DNA of 63,797 nt, the filler included, from Octopus bimaculoides (Eukaryota), in NCBI RefSeq assembly GCF_001194135.2. It is 6 parts of 6 records of this genome, joined end to end, with 100 filler letters (N's around TTAATTAATTAA, not from the genome) between each part and the next. Parts side by side here need not be neighbours in the genome. Positions count along the whole stretch, not along the records: positions 1 to 22,918 come from NC_068985.1; positions 23,019 to 29,080 come from NC_068987.1; 4 more parts are not named here. The stretch is one strand, 5' to 3'. Numbering within the stretch: position 1 is the first letter of the stretch; the number at the start of each line of letters is the position of its first letter. Of this stretch, positions 12,531 to 25,899 are shown one piece after another. Under the pieces are notes generated by a model, which saw nothing but the letters and a program-made list of their open reading frames with translations, was not told the origin of the DNA and did not search any database. Position numbers and translations under genes: made by a program.

Positions 12531-13172
12531 ATCGAAATTTCTTGAAAGCTCAAGTAGAAAGTGCAAATATATATATTTGTAGGTAGTAATTTTTTGCTAG
12601 AACATCATATAATATCATCTGACAGCGGTAAAAACTGAAAATATTAGTTACTTTTATATTTTTGTAAGAAGAAACATTCAAGCTATACTAAGTAATCAAA
12701 CTTAGCGAAGTAATAATGTTCATCCATCCATATTAGTGGCATAAAAGAGAAAAAAAACCTGATCTATAAAATGAAAAGGGTGCCAGTTCTCCAGGCTCAA
12801 ATTTCGTGTTCATTCCATCATTATTTTTGTGAAGCAGAGCATGTTGGGATATCTTCAAATGGATTAGATAGCTAAGGTGGATAAACCTGAACTAAAGCTT
12901 ATTGTACATCTAGAATAAAGACTTTGCGGGGTTGATTCGGGATTTTGTTATTTGAAATAGGAGAAAGAAATAATAAGGTAAAAACTAATTATCATATTAC
13001 TGACACCTTTTTTTGTTTGTTTCCTTGCTACAGACAGTCAAGCGCACACACATAGAGGTAAATGAATGTGTGCATGTATGCGTGTGTGTGTGTGTGCGTG
13101 TGTATGTGTGTGTGTGTGTGTACATATTTATGATAGACAAACACACACACACATATATAATATTATAATTAA

Positions 13173-13347
13173 GGGTATCTAAAAGATACCACCATGCTAG
13201 ATATAGCAGCTAAAACTTGACTCTAAAACCACATTAAATGTTCATACAACACCAGGAGAGAAGACAAAGAGACAAAATAAACTAGCTCTGGTTTGATAGT
13301 TAAGTTTTGACTGCTATATCTAGCATGGTGGTATCTTTTAAATACCC
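13173..13347. mobile_element. MITE with about 55 bp TIRs, flanked by TTAA
   Basis: ttaa|gggtatctaaaagataccaccatgctagatatagcagctaaaactt ... aagttttgactgctatatctagcatggtggtatcttttaaataccc|ttaa. Confidence 0.85.
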
Positions 13348-13477
13348 TTAATTATAATTTTAATAATAATTATTAGGTATGAGGTTTTTATTCCCATGCT
13401 AGCCACCTGATATGATCGGTATTTTAAATAACGATCTCATCCTTATTGATATAAATATATATAATATCATATATATA

Positions 13478-13703
13478 TTCTTTTACTTGTTTCAGTCATT
13501 TGACTGCAGCCATGCTGGTGCACGCCTTTAGTCGAACTAATCAACTCTAGGGCTTTTTCTTTGTAAGCCTACTACTTTTTCTATCTGTCTCTTTTGCCAA
13601 ACTAAGAAGTTACGGGGACGTAAACACATCAACATCGGTTGTCAAGCGAAGGTGGGAGGACAAACACAGACCCGCACACAGAAATATATATATATATATA
13701 CGA
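13478..13703 (-). mobile_element. SINE family A, 3' portion truncated by a MITE
   Basis: Matches family A up to tatatacgac, where the TIR element begins. Confidence 0.85.
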
Positions 13704-13985
13704 CAGTCCCATGAAGGGAATAATAATACTGCTATTTAGCCCTAGGAAGCAGCACCGCTTACTATCAGAGCTAGATAGGCATCTCCAACTAGCAAGCCAT
13801 GCTACTCCAGACTGAAGACGAGCAATGACTCACAAATTAGTCTCTGAATGCAGGCTTAGCTGGGTGGAGGTGCTTGTCTCCTCCTTGTAAGCATAAGGAC
13901 ACAGGAAATGTGTCAAGGCTGACAGGAAGCGGTACTGCTTCCTAGTGCTAAATAGCAGTAGTATTATTCCCTTCGTGGGACTGTC
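13702..13985. mobile_element. MITE with about 60-66 bp near-perfect TIRs
   Basis: acagtcccatgaagggaataataatactgctatttagccctaggaagcagcaccgctt versus reverse complement of the right end, acagtcccacgaagggaataatactactgctatttagcactaggaagcagtaccgctt. Confidence 0.9.
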
Positions 13986-14182
13986 ACATGAAGTTGACAG
14001 CATACAACTACTTCTCAATCTCTTTGAGAGATTTAGTAATAATAATGTTTCTATATATATATATTATATATCTTCTTATATATGATAAAATAATATTCAT
14101 GTATAATATATAATTTATATATATTGTATACACATGCATATATGTGTTACGTTGTGGATACATACATAAATAAATAAACACG

Positions 14183-14257
<75 letters not shown>

Positions 14258-14569
14258 GAAGAGTCTACTACAGTAGACGCAAGCGCTAATATATGATTTA
14301 TAAAAACATGTGACATATTAATAAAAATCTGTAAATGTACAACCATCCAGATCTCAGAGTACCTTATTTTTTCGAATATACATATATGGACATATATATT
14401 TACTAATCAGCAGCAAAAATATTCAGAATTGAATATTTATATAGATATTAATATTGTTATTATTATCGAAGTTAATAGAAATAGTTCATAATAAGAACGA
14501 TATTAATATAAGTGATTGCAAGCCTAAATCAGCGTGATATCGCTATAAAATTAAAATTATTCTAATTAA

Positions 14570-14829
14570 AGGACACATTGAAGTGTCTACCCGCTAGAAA
14601 TAAGAGTTAAAACCCTCATTTGGTCCACCCAAAATTTCACTGAAAATAACAGATGCAACTGTATACGGGCGAGCGAAACGAAAAAAGATCTCTCACATAC
14701 CATTACAGCATAAAGCTATATATTTAATGGAACAGGTATATGTGTGAACCGGTTTCTGGTTTGACACAAATTTCCTACCTTCCTAAGCGCATCTTAACTT
14801 TTAGAAACATCCTCTCAGTCCACTGCCCT
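14570..14829. mobile_element. Possible old TTAA-site (Kolobok/T2-MITE-like) element
   Basis: ttaa|aggacacattga ... tccactgccct|ttga; weak terminal inverted match only. Confidence 0.3.
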
Positions 14830-14931
14830 TTGATTAATATGATTTTAATTCTGTAGCTATATAACGCTGATTTAGGTCTGCAACCACTTATATTAATATC
14901 GTTGTTATTATGACTTCGACAACAATAATAT

Positions 14932-15230
14932 TGTTGTTGGCACTCCGTCGCTTACGACGCCGAGAGTTCCAGTTGATCCGATCAACGGAACAGCCTGCTC
15001 GTGAAATTAACGTGCAAGTGGCTGAGCACTCCACAAACACGTGTACCCTTAATGTAGTTCTCGGGGATATTCAGCATGACATAGTGTGACAAGGCTGACC
15101 CTTTGAATAACAGGCACAACAGAAACAGGAAGTAAGAGTGAGAGAAATTTGTGGTGGAAGACTACAGCAGGGTTCGCCACCATCTCCTGCCGGAGCCTCG
15201 TGGAGCTTTAGGTGCTTTCGCTCAATAAAC
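14932..15230 (-). mobile_element. SINE-like family C, inverted copy of 1108-1382
   Basis: Reverse-complement identity over about 270 bp; abuts an N gap at the same end. Confidence 0.75.
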
Positions 15231-15864
15231 NNNNNNNNNNNNNNNNNNNNNNNNNNNNNNNNNNNNNNNNNNNNNNNNNNNNNNNNNNNNNNNNNNNNNN
15301 NNNNNNNNNNNNNNNNNNNNNNNNNNNNNNNNNNNNNNNNNNNNNNNNNNNNNNNNNNNNNNNNNNNNNNNNNNNNNNNNNNNNNNNNNNNNNNNNNNNN
15401 NNNNNNNNNNNNNNNNNNNNNNNNNNNNNNNNNNNNNNNNNNNNNNNNNNNNNNNNNNNNNNNNNNNNNNNNNNNNNNNNNNNNNNNNNNNNNNNNNNNN
15501 NNNNNNNNNNNNNNNNNNNNNNNNNNNNNNNNNNNNNNNNNNNNNNNNNNNNNNNNNNNNNNNNNNNNNNNNNNNNNNNNNNNNNNNNNNNNNNNNNNNN
15601 NNNNNNNNNNNNNNNNNNNNNNNNNNNNNNNNNNNNNNNNNNNNNNNNNNNNNNNNNNNNNNNNNNNNNNNNNNNNNNNNNNNNNNNNNNNNNNNNNNNN
15701 NNNNNNNNNNNNNNNNNNNNNNNNNNNNNNNNNNNNNNNNNNNNNNNNNNNNNNNNNNNNNNNNNNNNNNNNNNNNNNNNNNNNNNNNNNNNNNNNNNNN
15801 NATGTAAAGCGTATTTAATCTCCATACCTTCGTTTTATTTGCTTTTTTCATTTTAAATTTGCTT

Positions 15865-15932
15865 TAACCCTAACCCTAACCCTAACCCTAACTCTAACCC
15901 TAAGGTTAGGGTTAGGGTTAGGGTTAGGGTTA
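15865..15932. repeat. Interstitial telomere-type repeats in inverted arrangement, (TAACCC)6-TAA-(GGTTAG)~5
   Basis: taaccctaaccctaaccctaaccctaactctaaccctaaggttagggttagggttagggttagggtta. Confidence 0.92.
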
Positions 15933-16799
15933 ATTGTTTCAGAATCGTTTGTTTATGTAGTCGGCACTTAATGTATGTCGGCTGAATGGACGTCAGTGTT
16001 TGGTTGAAATTACAGAAATACGACAACTTTAACATGGAATAATTTATGGATTTCTTTTTTTTTTAAGAAGACTAAGAGAAAAAGATGTTTTATATGACAC
16101 ATTCTACCAGTGTTCCAAGTTTCAAAGTGTTTCGTTAATGAAAAATGTGGCCCCCGTTTTAAAAAAGATCCTAATTGTATGTAAGCGAACTTTTTTCGGT
16201 TCGCTCGCCCTGTTATTTTCAGTGTAATTTTTAGCGGTCCAAATGAGTGGTCTTATTTCTTGCAGGTAGATACTTCAATGTGTTCTTTGATTAATACATA
16301 TATATTTATTTATTTACACATACGCACATGATTCTATGTCTTATTTATATGTTTTTTGTTATCCTCCGAAGATTTTAGTATCCCTTTGTAGTTATGGATT
16401 TATCCCACTACTGGCAACTTTTTTTCTGGTGGAATTGTCGCTTGCGAAAAAAAAAAAAAAAAGCAGACTACAAAAATTCTGGAAACATCATGTGACCGTA
16501 ATACATAATGCTAATGTGAGTTTCTGCTTCATAACGTTAACAAAAAAAAAAAACAAAAAAAAACATGAAGTTGGAGTAATACTAACATAGACTTTAAATA
16601 TTTATTTATAATATTTATCTTCATAAAGACCACTGCTTGCATATGATATAGGACAAATCTTCTTTATTTTGTTGTCATTTAGACGTCTTCGGCATAAAAT
16701 ATTGGGTGGATTTTATCAACTCTAGTAGCATACTTCCTCAATCTTAGGCATTGCTGTTGTCTTAAAAATTATTATCGTAATTTTTGCTACTACCCACAT

Positions 16800-17000
16800 T
16801 GTGGCGAGCTGGCGAAGATGGTACCATTCTGAGCGGAAAATGCATGGCGGCATATCTTCCAGTTTTTACCTGTTCTGAGTTCAAATTTTGCCGAGGTCGA
16901 CTTTGCTTTTCATCCTTGCTGGCTCAGTAAAATAAATACTTGCTAAGCACTAGAGTCAATGTAATCGGCTTCCTCCTCCCTTCAAAATAGCTGTCCTTTT
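16800..17000 (+). mobile_element. SINE family B (degenerate)
   Basis: gtggcgagctggcgaa ... ttctgagttcaaattttgccgaggtcgactttgc. Confidence 0.75.
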
Positions 17001-17504
17001 TCCAAAATTAAAAAAGAATTATAACTTATATCGATAACAGTTTTTACACTAGCTTAACGTTTTGAAATATTGCCGCTTCAAGCATGTCTTTTACCAAAAT
17101 AGAGTCGTTAATAGTTAGTATGAGCCAAGTAAAATATATGTTAAAATCTGTGTAGAAGTATGCTAAATTTAATGACATTTATTATCATAGCACCTGTAAG
17201 CCTTCGAATGCAGATGAGAGGGGGTACTTTCCCCTAGCAGTAAGGACAATCCTGGATTTGGTGGTTTCCTTGATGTGGCCAATATGCTTGTTTTTTTATT
17301 ATGACGTACCATTCCATTTCTTTCGTACGTATTTGTTTCCCTTTCCCGGTTATTCATTTACGTAAATATTTATTTCTATTTCATAAACGATTCTGTGATT
17401 CTCACCATTCCATAAGATTTTTGTAACATGTTCTGGCTATGTGCCCGGGTCAGACGCTCTTGTGGCAAATAAACAAAGATCATTATTATAACTGAGAGAA
17501 AGAT

Positions 17505-17670
17505 TGTAAGCTGGCAGACTCGGTAGCACATCGGCCAAAATACTTAGCGGCATTTCGTTCGTCTTATCTTCTGGCTTCAAATTACGTCATGGTCAACTTT
17601 GCCTTTCATTCTTTCGGAGTCGATGATATAAATTACCAGTTGAGTACTGGGGTCGATTTAATCGATCCCT
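17505..17670 (+). mobile_element. SINE family B
   Basis: taagctggcagactcggtagc ... ttcaaatt ... gtcaactttgcctttcat ... ggggtcgatttaatcga. Confidence 0.78.
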
Positions 17671-18131
17671 CCACTAAAAAAGCAAAAACAAAAACAAACA
17701 AAAAATCGGGACTCCAACCTGTTGGTGAAGGGATTATTATTTATAATCAGAAGAAAAGCTACACACCTTCCTTCCAAGCATTGCTATAAACAGCAGAAGT
17801 GAGCTAGAACGTTAATACTTAGTGCGCCTGCACAGCGAAGTACAAGGTCAATCTGTCCCGAGCGGCTTTACTCTGCATGCTTTAGCTTCCTCACTATGGC
17901 AACAGTTTGGATACTTATTGATCAGACCACGTATACTAAAGTATTCAGTAAAGAAGGACACGTTGGGTAATATTGCACAACGTCTGAAAATTAGGAAAGG
18001 AATCAAATTTTTTTAATTATGAATAAATAACGTGCGGTGTCTTTATTGCTGAAACACCTTTCATCGTAGGTCTGACTGACGGGGCTGATCTGGAGATAAA
18101 AAGCCATCCATAGTGTACACGTTCCCCTCAA

Positions 18132-18181
<50 letters not shown>

Positions 18182-18187
18182 CTCCTC

Positions 18188-18242
<55 letters not shown>

Positions 18243-18942
18243 CTTCAAACTACATGACCAGCTGCTTTATTACTCCCTGGACATAACATATGTCTGAAAA
18301 ACAATGTCATTCTAAAAATTCCGACGGAAAGAATGTAATAAATATTTATTCACAAATTGTCAAGCGTGTGTGTATTGTGTNNNNNNNNNNNNNNNNNNNN
18401 NNNNNNNNNNNNNNNNNNNNNNNNNNNNNNNNNNNNNNNNNNNNNNNNNNNNNNNNNNNNNNNNNNNNNNNNNNNNNNNNNNNNNNNNNNNNNNNNNNNN
18501 NNNNNNNNNNNNNNNNNNNNNNNNNNNNNNNNNNNNNNNNNNNNNNNNNNNNNNNNNNNNNNNNNNNNNNNNNNNNNNNNNNNNNNNNNNNNNNNNNNNN
18601 NNNNNNNNNNNNNNNNNNNNNNNNNNNNNNNNNNNNNNNNNNNNNNNNNNNNNNNNNNNNNNNNNNNNNNNNNNNNNNNNNNNNNNNNNNNNNNNNNNNN
18701 NAAAATAGAAAAATGTTATAAAAACAAAATAGTAACTACACGTGGAAATGTAAGGGGAAAATACATATATATATATAATTGTTCGAATGGGGAAAATACA
18801 CTTCGCACCAGTCTTGTTTTACTCCTTTGCTAAAAACACAACCAAACAACTAAAACTCACACACATAAAACACATATAAAGCTTCACTCGCATACATATA
18901 GGGATTTATATTGTATTCTAGCTGAAAAAAAACAGTCCCTCA

Positions 18943-18980
<38 letters not shown>

Positions 18981-18988
18981 ACTCTCTT

Positions 18989-19047
<59 letters not shown>

Positions 19048-19214
19048 TACACACGCAAACCCAAATACTCATTAATGGAATTCAAAGTATTTTATTCTTC
19101 AAATAATGATTTCTTTTGTTTCTAACAATATAATCCACATGTTCACAAAACATACAATATTCTAATATATCGTGAATATAAATGCATATATATAAATAGA
19201 TATATTCTTGTACT

Positions 19215-19600
19215 CTCTTATACGTCTCAGTCATTTGACCGTGACCATGCTGGAGCACTGCCTTAAATGGTTTTAATAGAAGAAATCGACCCCACGACTT
19301 ATTCCTTGTAGTCCTAGTACTTAATTTATTCTATCGGTCCCTTTCTTCCGAACACCTAAGTTACTGAGACATAAACACACCAACATCAGTTGTCAAATGA
19401 TGATTGGGAGAAAGACACACACACACACACACACACACACACGATGGGCGTCTTTCAGTTTCCGTCTACTAAATCCGCTCACAAGGCTTTGATCGATCCG
19501 AGGCTATAAAAGACACATGCCCAAGATGCCACACAGTGGGACTGAACCCGGAGCCATGTGATTGGGAAGCAAGCTTCTTATCACATATACACACCTACGC
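19215..19600 (-). mobile_element. Near full-length SINE family A
   Basis: Reverse complement of 9024-9460 including head (gtgggactgaacccgg). Confidence 0.88.
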
Positions 19601-19650
19601 CTATATGTGTGTGCGTATATATAAATGAAGGTTCTGTTGAATTAGGTACT

Positions 19651-19721
<71 letters not shown>

Positions 19722-20174
19722 ATATATATATATATACATAATTTTGAAGATTGGCTACATGTTAAGATCACCCATATTTCCTTCATCTTTTCCATCAGAG
19801 TTTCGTTACTTGCGGTTTCATTTTCAGTGCATCATCAGATTATCGGAGCTCCAAGTATTTCATAATGTACACGTAGTTTTACTGAGTACTTTTGCTGAAA
19901 ATATTTCCCTGATACGGTACACTCTTCACTTATATTGAAAAGAGTAAAAGGTATCATTTTATGAATAAACATATAAGTCTACACATATCATGAAACTAAA
20001 CGAAGTGGTTATTACACCACAGATTTTTTTAATCTCTTTGTGGGTAGCAAACATTTGTTCGTTATGTGCAGATTCAAATTTTCTGAGAAAGAATATCATC
20101 AGAGAAAAAGTATCCACTTTCTGTTCGTAGATCTATTGCCGTAAAATTGTTTATATTTTTATCTTTAACGTTCT

Positions 20175-20622
<448 letters not shown>

Positions 20623-21317
20623 ACTTTTTGGAAAATTCGTAAATTTGTATCGATAATCAGCAATGTTTTGTTTGGCTTGAACAACGTCACTATTTTCTAA
20701 GGAACGTTTTCAAAAGTTTGCACTCATATACAAAATCATCTTGGAATGCAGCATGCTTTAAAGAAAATTTCTCACTCACTTTTTCTAGGCAACCTTTTAT
20801 AGACGGTATAAATTGGAATGTTGAAGTTATTGAGATTCCTTACCATGGAAAGTTAAAACAACTTATTCTTTGTGTTATACTTAGAATCATTTTTTTTTTA
20901 ATATTTATAATAGACTCAGTTATTATGTTCGGTGATTCCACCGTTAATTTTATAATGTTTGATATAATACCCAGACACTTATGCATATATATTTATATAT
21001 CACACATACAATGCAACTGCTTTCAAATGATTTCATATGGTACAGTTTTTCTTGTTTAAGAAGGATGGATGTCTAATTGTAGCATTCGAGAAAGGATTTC
21101 AATTCGACAGGTTCTCTTTTGCTCCGACCAAACAAACGAAAGTCTTAAATTTCAGCGGCCGGGCAAGGCTGAGACTCTTCGCTATTTTGGATACAAGTCT
21201 ATACGCCGTGGGTAAGAAGAGAGGTCTGACGTTTCGAGACTGTGCCTTCCTCTGACGAAGGGCGAGTGTTGTCTTAATAGCGATCTGTCAGTAATATGTA
21301 TTCTACCTATAGAGTGA

Positions 21318-21520
21318 CGAACTAGCAGAATCGTTAGTACGCCGGGCAAAATGCTTAGCGGCATTTCGTTTGTCTTTACTTTCCAAGTTCAAATTCCGCC
21401 GGTGTCGACTTCGCCTTTCACCTTTTCGGGGTCGATAAAATAAGTACCAGTTGAACACTAGGGTCGGCGTCATCGACTTTTCCCTCCTCCTCAAAATTAC
21501 TGGCCTTGCGCCAAATTTTA
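21318..21520 (+). mobile_element. SINE family B
   Basis: gaactagcagaatcgttagtacgccgggcaaaatgcttagcgg ... aagttcaaattccgccggtgtcgac. Confidence 0.85.
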
Positions 21521-22689
21521 AAAGCAATATCTATTCTACCAGTGGCATTATGAAATTTATGGGTTTCATCAGGTTTGCTAATGTCAAGGATGTACTTTTT
21601 TTTAGGGGTTATAACTTTAGTTCAAATATTTCGTATTCTTCAAATTTTCCAGTATTCCGCAAAAAGCGCAGAAGAAATTGAAAAGAGAGATATTTTTAGA
21701 AACATTCTAAAGTCTTACTTGTCTCTTGAAGGTTTCTGCAGGGCTGACATGACATGTGACAAAATAATGTTTTAAAATTTTAGCGGGAGAGGTTGAATAA
21801 ATAACAGTAATACGTAAAAAAGGACACATAAACTTAAAGATAATTAGGTTTTAGAAATGATATAAAACGCATTGTATAATTGTATAATGAATTAATTCTA
21901 TGTAAGACTATATGATTCACAGCAAGATTAAATTTATATTCGTATATAGAATATATTTGATGTTGATCTTTTGTCTGTATTCTATTTCATTGACCTTTTC
22001 TAAGTCACCTCCGCAAAACTGTTTCTATATTTACCCAGTACCAATTACATATGCAGAAATAATTATGTTTTCAACATATGGAACGTATTGCTGTTGGCTA
22101 TTCACAGTGCATTCCATATTTTGCTTACTGAGAAAACTATTTTAAAAATTATTTAATTTTTTTTTTTTTTCAATCCTACTTAAAATATTATTTTCTAATC
22201 CTTTTATAATCCTAGTACGAATTTATCTCACTGAATTTTACTCTGGATTTTCTCAAATATTTTTATGTAAGACACATTCTAGAATAACGGTTGTCTTTCG
22301 ACGTCGCCATTATTATCATCATCGCCATCAACAATTAAATAGCATAAGTATTGTTCACTTCCACATTTAATTTTGGTTTAATTTCATTCTTTTCCAAAGA
22401 TGACATCGTTCTCAATTCTTTTCCCCTCTTTCACACAAACACACAGATATACACATTCATACTAACTCAGTCCTATTTTCTCTTCACTATTTTTTTTTGT
22501 ATCCCTCATCTCATCCGCATTCATTTCTTTCTTTCTTCATTGCCTTCTGTACAGGCCTACGTTCCTTCTCACTTCATCGTTCACCATCCTACTTCTGTCT
22601 ATCTGTCTGTCTATCTGTCTGTCTATCTATCTGTCTATCTGTCTATCTGTCTATCTATCTGTCTATCTGTCTATCTATCTATCTGTCTG

Positions 22690-22918
22690 GCATGGGTGGG
22701 GCCCTGATCAATTTAGATCAATCGAAAGCTTTCGATTGGGGAGACCATCAATACTTGGAGGCTGTCCTCATGGCGGCCGGCTTCGGTCCTATTTTCCGCG
22801 GCTGGATGGCTGCCTTGTACAGAGGCATCCGTTCGGTAGTTCGCGTCAATGGGCACTTATCAAGACCATTCGACATTGCACGTTCGGTCCGTCAGGGATG
22901 CCCCCTGTCGCCGCTCCT
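22690..22918 (+). pseudogene. L1/Tx1-clade non-LTR reverse transcriptase fragment
   Basis: GALINLDQSKAFDWGDHQYLEAVL..GFG..F..W...LY......VRVNGHLSRPF.I.RSVRQGCPLSPL; runs into an assembly gap. Confidence 0.93.
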
Positions 22919-23018
22919 NNNNNNNNNNNNNNNNNNNNNNNNNNNNNNNNNNNNNNNNNNNNTTAATTAATTAANNNNNNNNNNNNNNNNNNNNNNNNNN
23001 NNNNNNNNNNNNNNNNNN

Positions 23019-23460
23019 CATTGTTGTCATCATCATCATCGTTGTTATCATCGTCCCCTTTCCTCTTCCTCATTATCACCACTACCACCACCATCATCAT
23101 CATTATACTTAACATCACTGCTACAATCACCGCCATCATCATCATTGTCATCATCATTATCACAGCCTCCTCATCATCATCACCATCACCATCAACCATC
23201 AACACCATCACCATTATCATAACCATTACCATCATCATCATTACTTATTCATCATCACCGTTATTGTCACCGTTGTCCTCCTCCCTTCTCCTCCTCATCA
23301 CCACTACCACCACCATCTTCATCATCGCTGTCATCATCATCATCATCATTGTCATTGTCATCCTCATCATCTCATTGTCTTTGTCTTTGTCATCATCATC
23401 ATCATCATCATCAGTGTCACTTCTGCATCCACCACCATCACTACTATCACACCACCACTC
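23019..23460. repeat. Degenerate (ATC/ACC/TCC)n low-complexity tract
   Basis: Direct reading; explains poly-I/S and poly-M/D ORFs. Confidence 0.9.
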
Positions 23461-24519
23461 TCACATTTACCTAACCCTGCTAAAAATAGCAACCAATCTT
23501 TCTCAAATCAAACATAAATTGAAGAACAAATGGAATGACACAATGTAGTGCAAGATATATCAATAGATGGAATGGTCCTGGATGGAACACTTTTGATCTC
23601 AAGTATTTGGGGTGAGCACTGAAATGAAACCATTTTCACTATCAGCATCATAAACAGCATCATAACCATCACCCCCATTACCATTGTGGAAGAATCATTA
23701 GTGTATTGGACAAAATGTTAAGCAGTATTTCTTCTGGTGCTTTATATTCTGAGTTTAAATCCTGCTATGGTCAGTTTTGCATGTCATCCTTCCAAGGTCA
23801 ATAATGTAAAGTATTAGTCGAATACTGGAGTTGATCGTATTGACTAAACCCCTCCCCTCAAAACTGTTGGTCATGTGCTTAGATCATAAACATCATATTG
23901 CCACTAACACCGACACTCATCATCTTCATCATTGCAACCATCCTTTTGTCATTGGCATGAAGACCATCTGTACTAGTCATCACTAACACCACTATCAATT
24001 ATTGACCACTAATGACAAACCAATGACTACAGTGGCAACATCGTCACTATTATTCACATTCACACATATAAGCACATACACATGAAGCCGATAAAAGACT
24101 CGATGTAACCTGCTAGAAATAGTAGCCTAATTTCCTTTGACTTACTCACACCTCATTATCACTTCTGTCCATTTTTCTATGCTTGCATAGATCAGATGAA
24201 ATTCACTGATGCAAATTTTCTAGGGCCAAATGCCATTCCTGCTGCTAAACCTCACTTGTTTCCAAGCAAGATAATATTTTCCCATGTTTTTCATGGAAGA
24301 TTGGAAATGAATGGCATTGCTTGTATGATGATGATTATTTACAATGACCACAATGTTAAGACAAGATTATGCACACACACACACACACACACATGACAGG
24401 CTTCTTCCAGCATGCCTTTGGTCAGCTTGGGGCGATCATAGAAGACTCTTGCCCATAGTGGCATGAAGTGGAACTAAACCTGAAATCAAGCATCTTAATG
24501 ACACAGCTATACCTGTGCC

Positions 24520-25495
24520 TAGAGTTATCACTGCCAAATCAGTTGAAGATTTAGAGATGCAATTACAAACAAGGAAGCAAGTTTATTAAGGGACCTCAAG
24601 ATTTATTAAGGGATTTATTAAGGGACCTCAAAATAAATCTCTCCAAGACAACAGTTGCAGCAGGAAAAAAGATAGAACTCTTCTACCATCAGAGTAGTGG
24701 TCATGGTGGATATGAAGAAAGGGGGTAAGTGGGAATTCCATAGAGTATACCCATTGCACACTATGGATACCCAGAGTTATTGTGAATTTATAAGCAGGTT
24801 TACTGAGATGGTGGTGGGGACTTTCTAAGTGACAAATGTATGGGAAAAACTATCAGTAAAATCTCTCATGGAATAAATTTTTCCAATTCTCAGTACACTC
24901 CAAAGAAGGAATAGATAGCTTCAGTTGCTTATGAGACCAAAATTAGTAGTGATGGCAGGAGTTGTGATAAGATAATGGCCTGAGTAAGAATGGGATCAAA
25001 AAGTGTAGAAAGCTATCAATTCAGTCAGCAACAAAAGGAATCCCTCTTTTAGTGAAAGGCAAAGTATATAATGCTTGAATACAATGTGCAATGCTGTACT
25101 GTAGTGAAATATAGATAATATTAAATGTAGAGAACGTGTAAAGGCTAGAAATAAATGAAGCAAGCATGCTTTACTGGGTGTGTAATGTTAGTATGAATGA
25201 ATACTGGATCACAAATGAATTAAGAGAAAAATTGGATACAAGAGGAATCAGATGTAGTGTAGAAGAGAAGAGAAGAGATTGTGCTAGTATAAATATGTGA
25301 TGCATGTGAAGTATGGTATTTGGATAAAGAAACACCAAGGAATCTAAGTGAAAGGAACCTTTGGAGAAGACAAGAAAGGTATAAGCAAAAGTGGTGAATG
25401 CCGATGCCAAAAGGCTAAGGAGATAAGGGAATGCAGCGAGGTGTAAGATGCCATACTGCAGAATGCCCATCTAACCCATGCAAGCATGGAAAAAT
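24520..25495 (+). pseudogene. 5'-truncated RTE-clade LINE relic (RT thumb to 3' tail)
   Basis: LKINLSKT, IDSFSCL, KGIPL.VKGKVYNA, AMLYCSE, RLEINEASML.WVCNVS, NELREKLDTRGIRCSV; tail ctaacccatgcaagcatggaaa. Confidence 0.85.
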
Positions 25496-25645
25496 GCAAG
25501 TGTGGTTAAGAAGTTTGCTTTCCACCCATGTGGTTTTGAGTTCAATCCTGCTGTGTGGCACCTTGAATGAGTCTCTTCTACTGTAGCCCTGGGCCTTGTG
25601 AGTGGATTTGGTAGATAGAAATTTAAAGCCTGTTGTATATATCTA
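25495..25645 (+). mobile_element. SINE family A, 5' portion
   Basis: gtggttaagaagtttgc...gagttcaatcc...gccttgtgagtggatttggtaga. Confidence 0.75.
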
Positions 25646-25899
25646 TGTATGTGTATATGTGTAGGAGTGTATGTGTGAGCATGTGAGTGTGTCTCCTGCA
25701 TAATTGTTGTAAACGAATGCTCTACCACTATTTTAACATCCACTCTTCCAAGATTACCTGGACCAGATGGAGTACATTGAGGTAGATTTTCTATGATGGG
25801 ATGTCCTCACTACTTCCAAGAAAGTTTTTATTTCCTCATGGCCAGACACATTTTCACAGAAAACAGAAAGTGAATGATACTGTTTGCTTACAACTGTCA

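Noticed and set aside
15865-15932. Ancestral telomere-telomere fusion site
   Set aside because: Polarity is opposite to a fusion scar and the arrays are very short.
22963-22974. TTAATTAATTAA islands inside N runs (also 29125, 36104, 57660, 60819)
   Set aside because: Each is 44 N + 12 nt + 44 N = 100 bp with stops in all six frames: an assembly gap placeholder, not biology.
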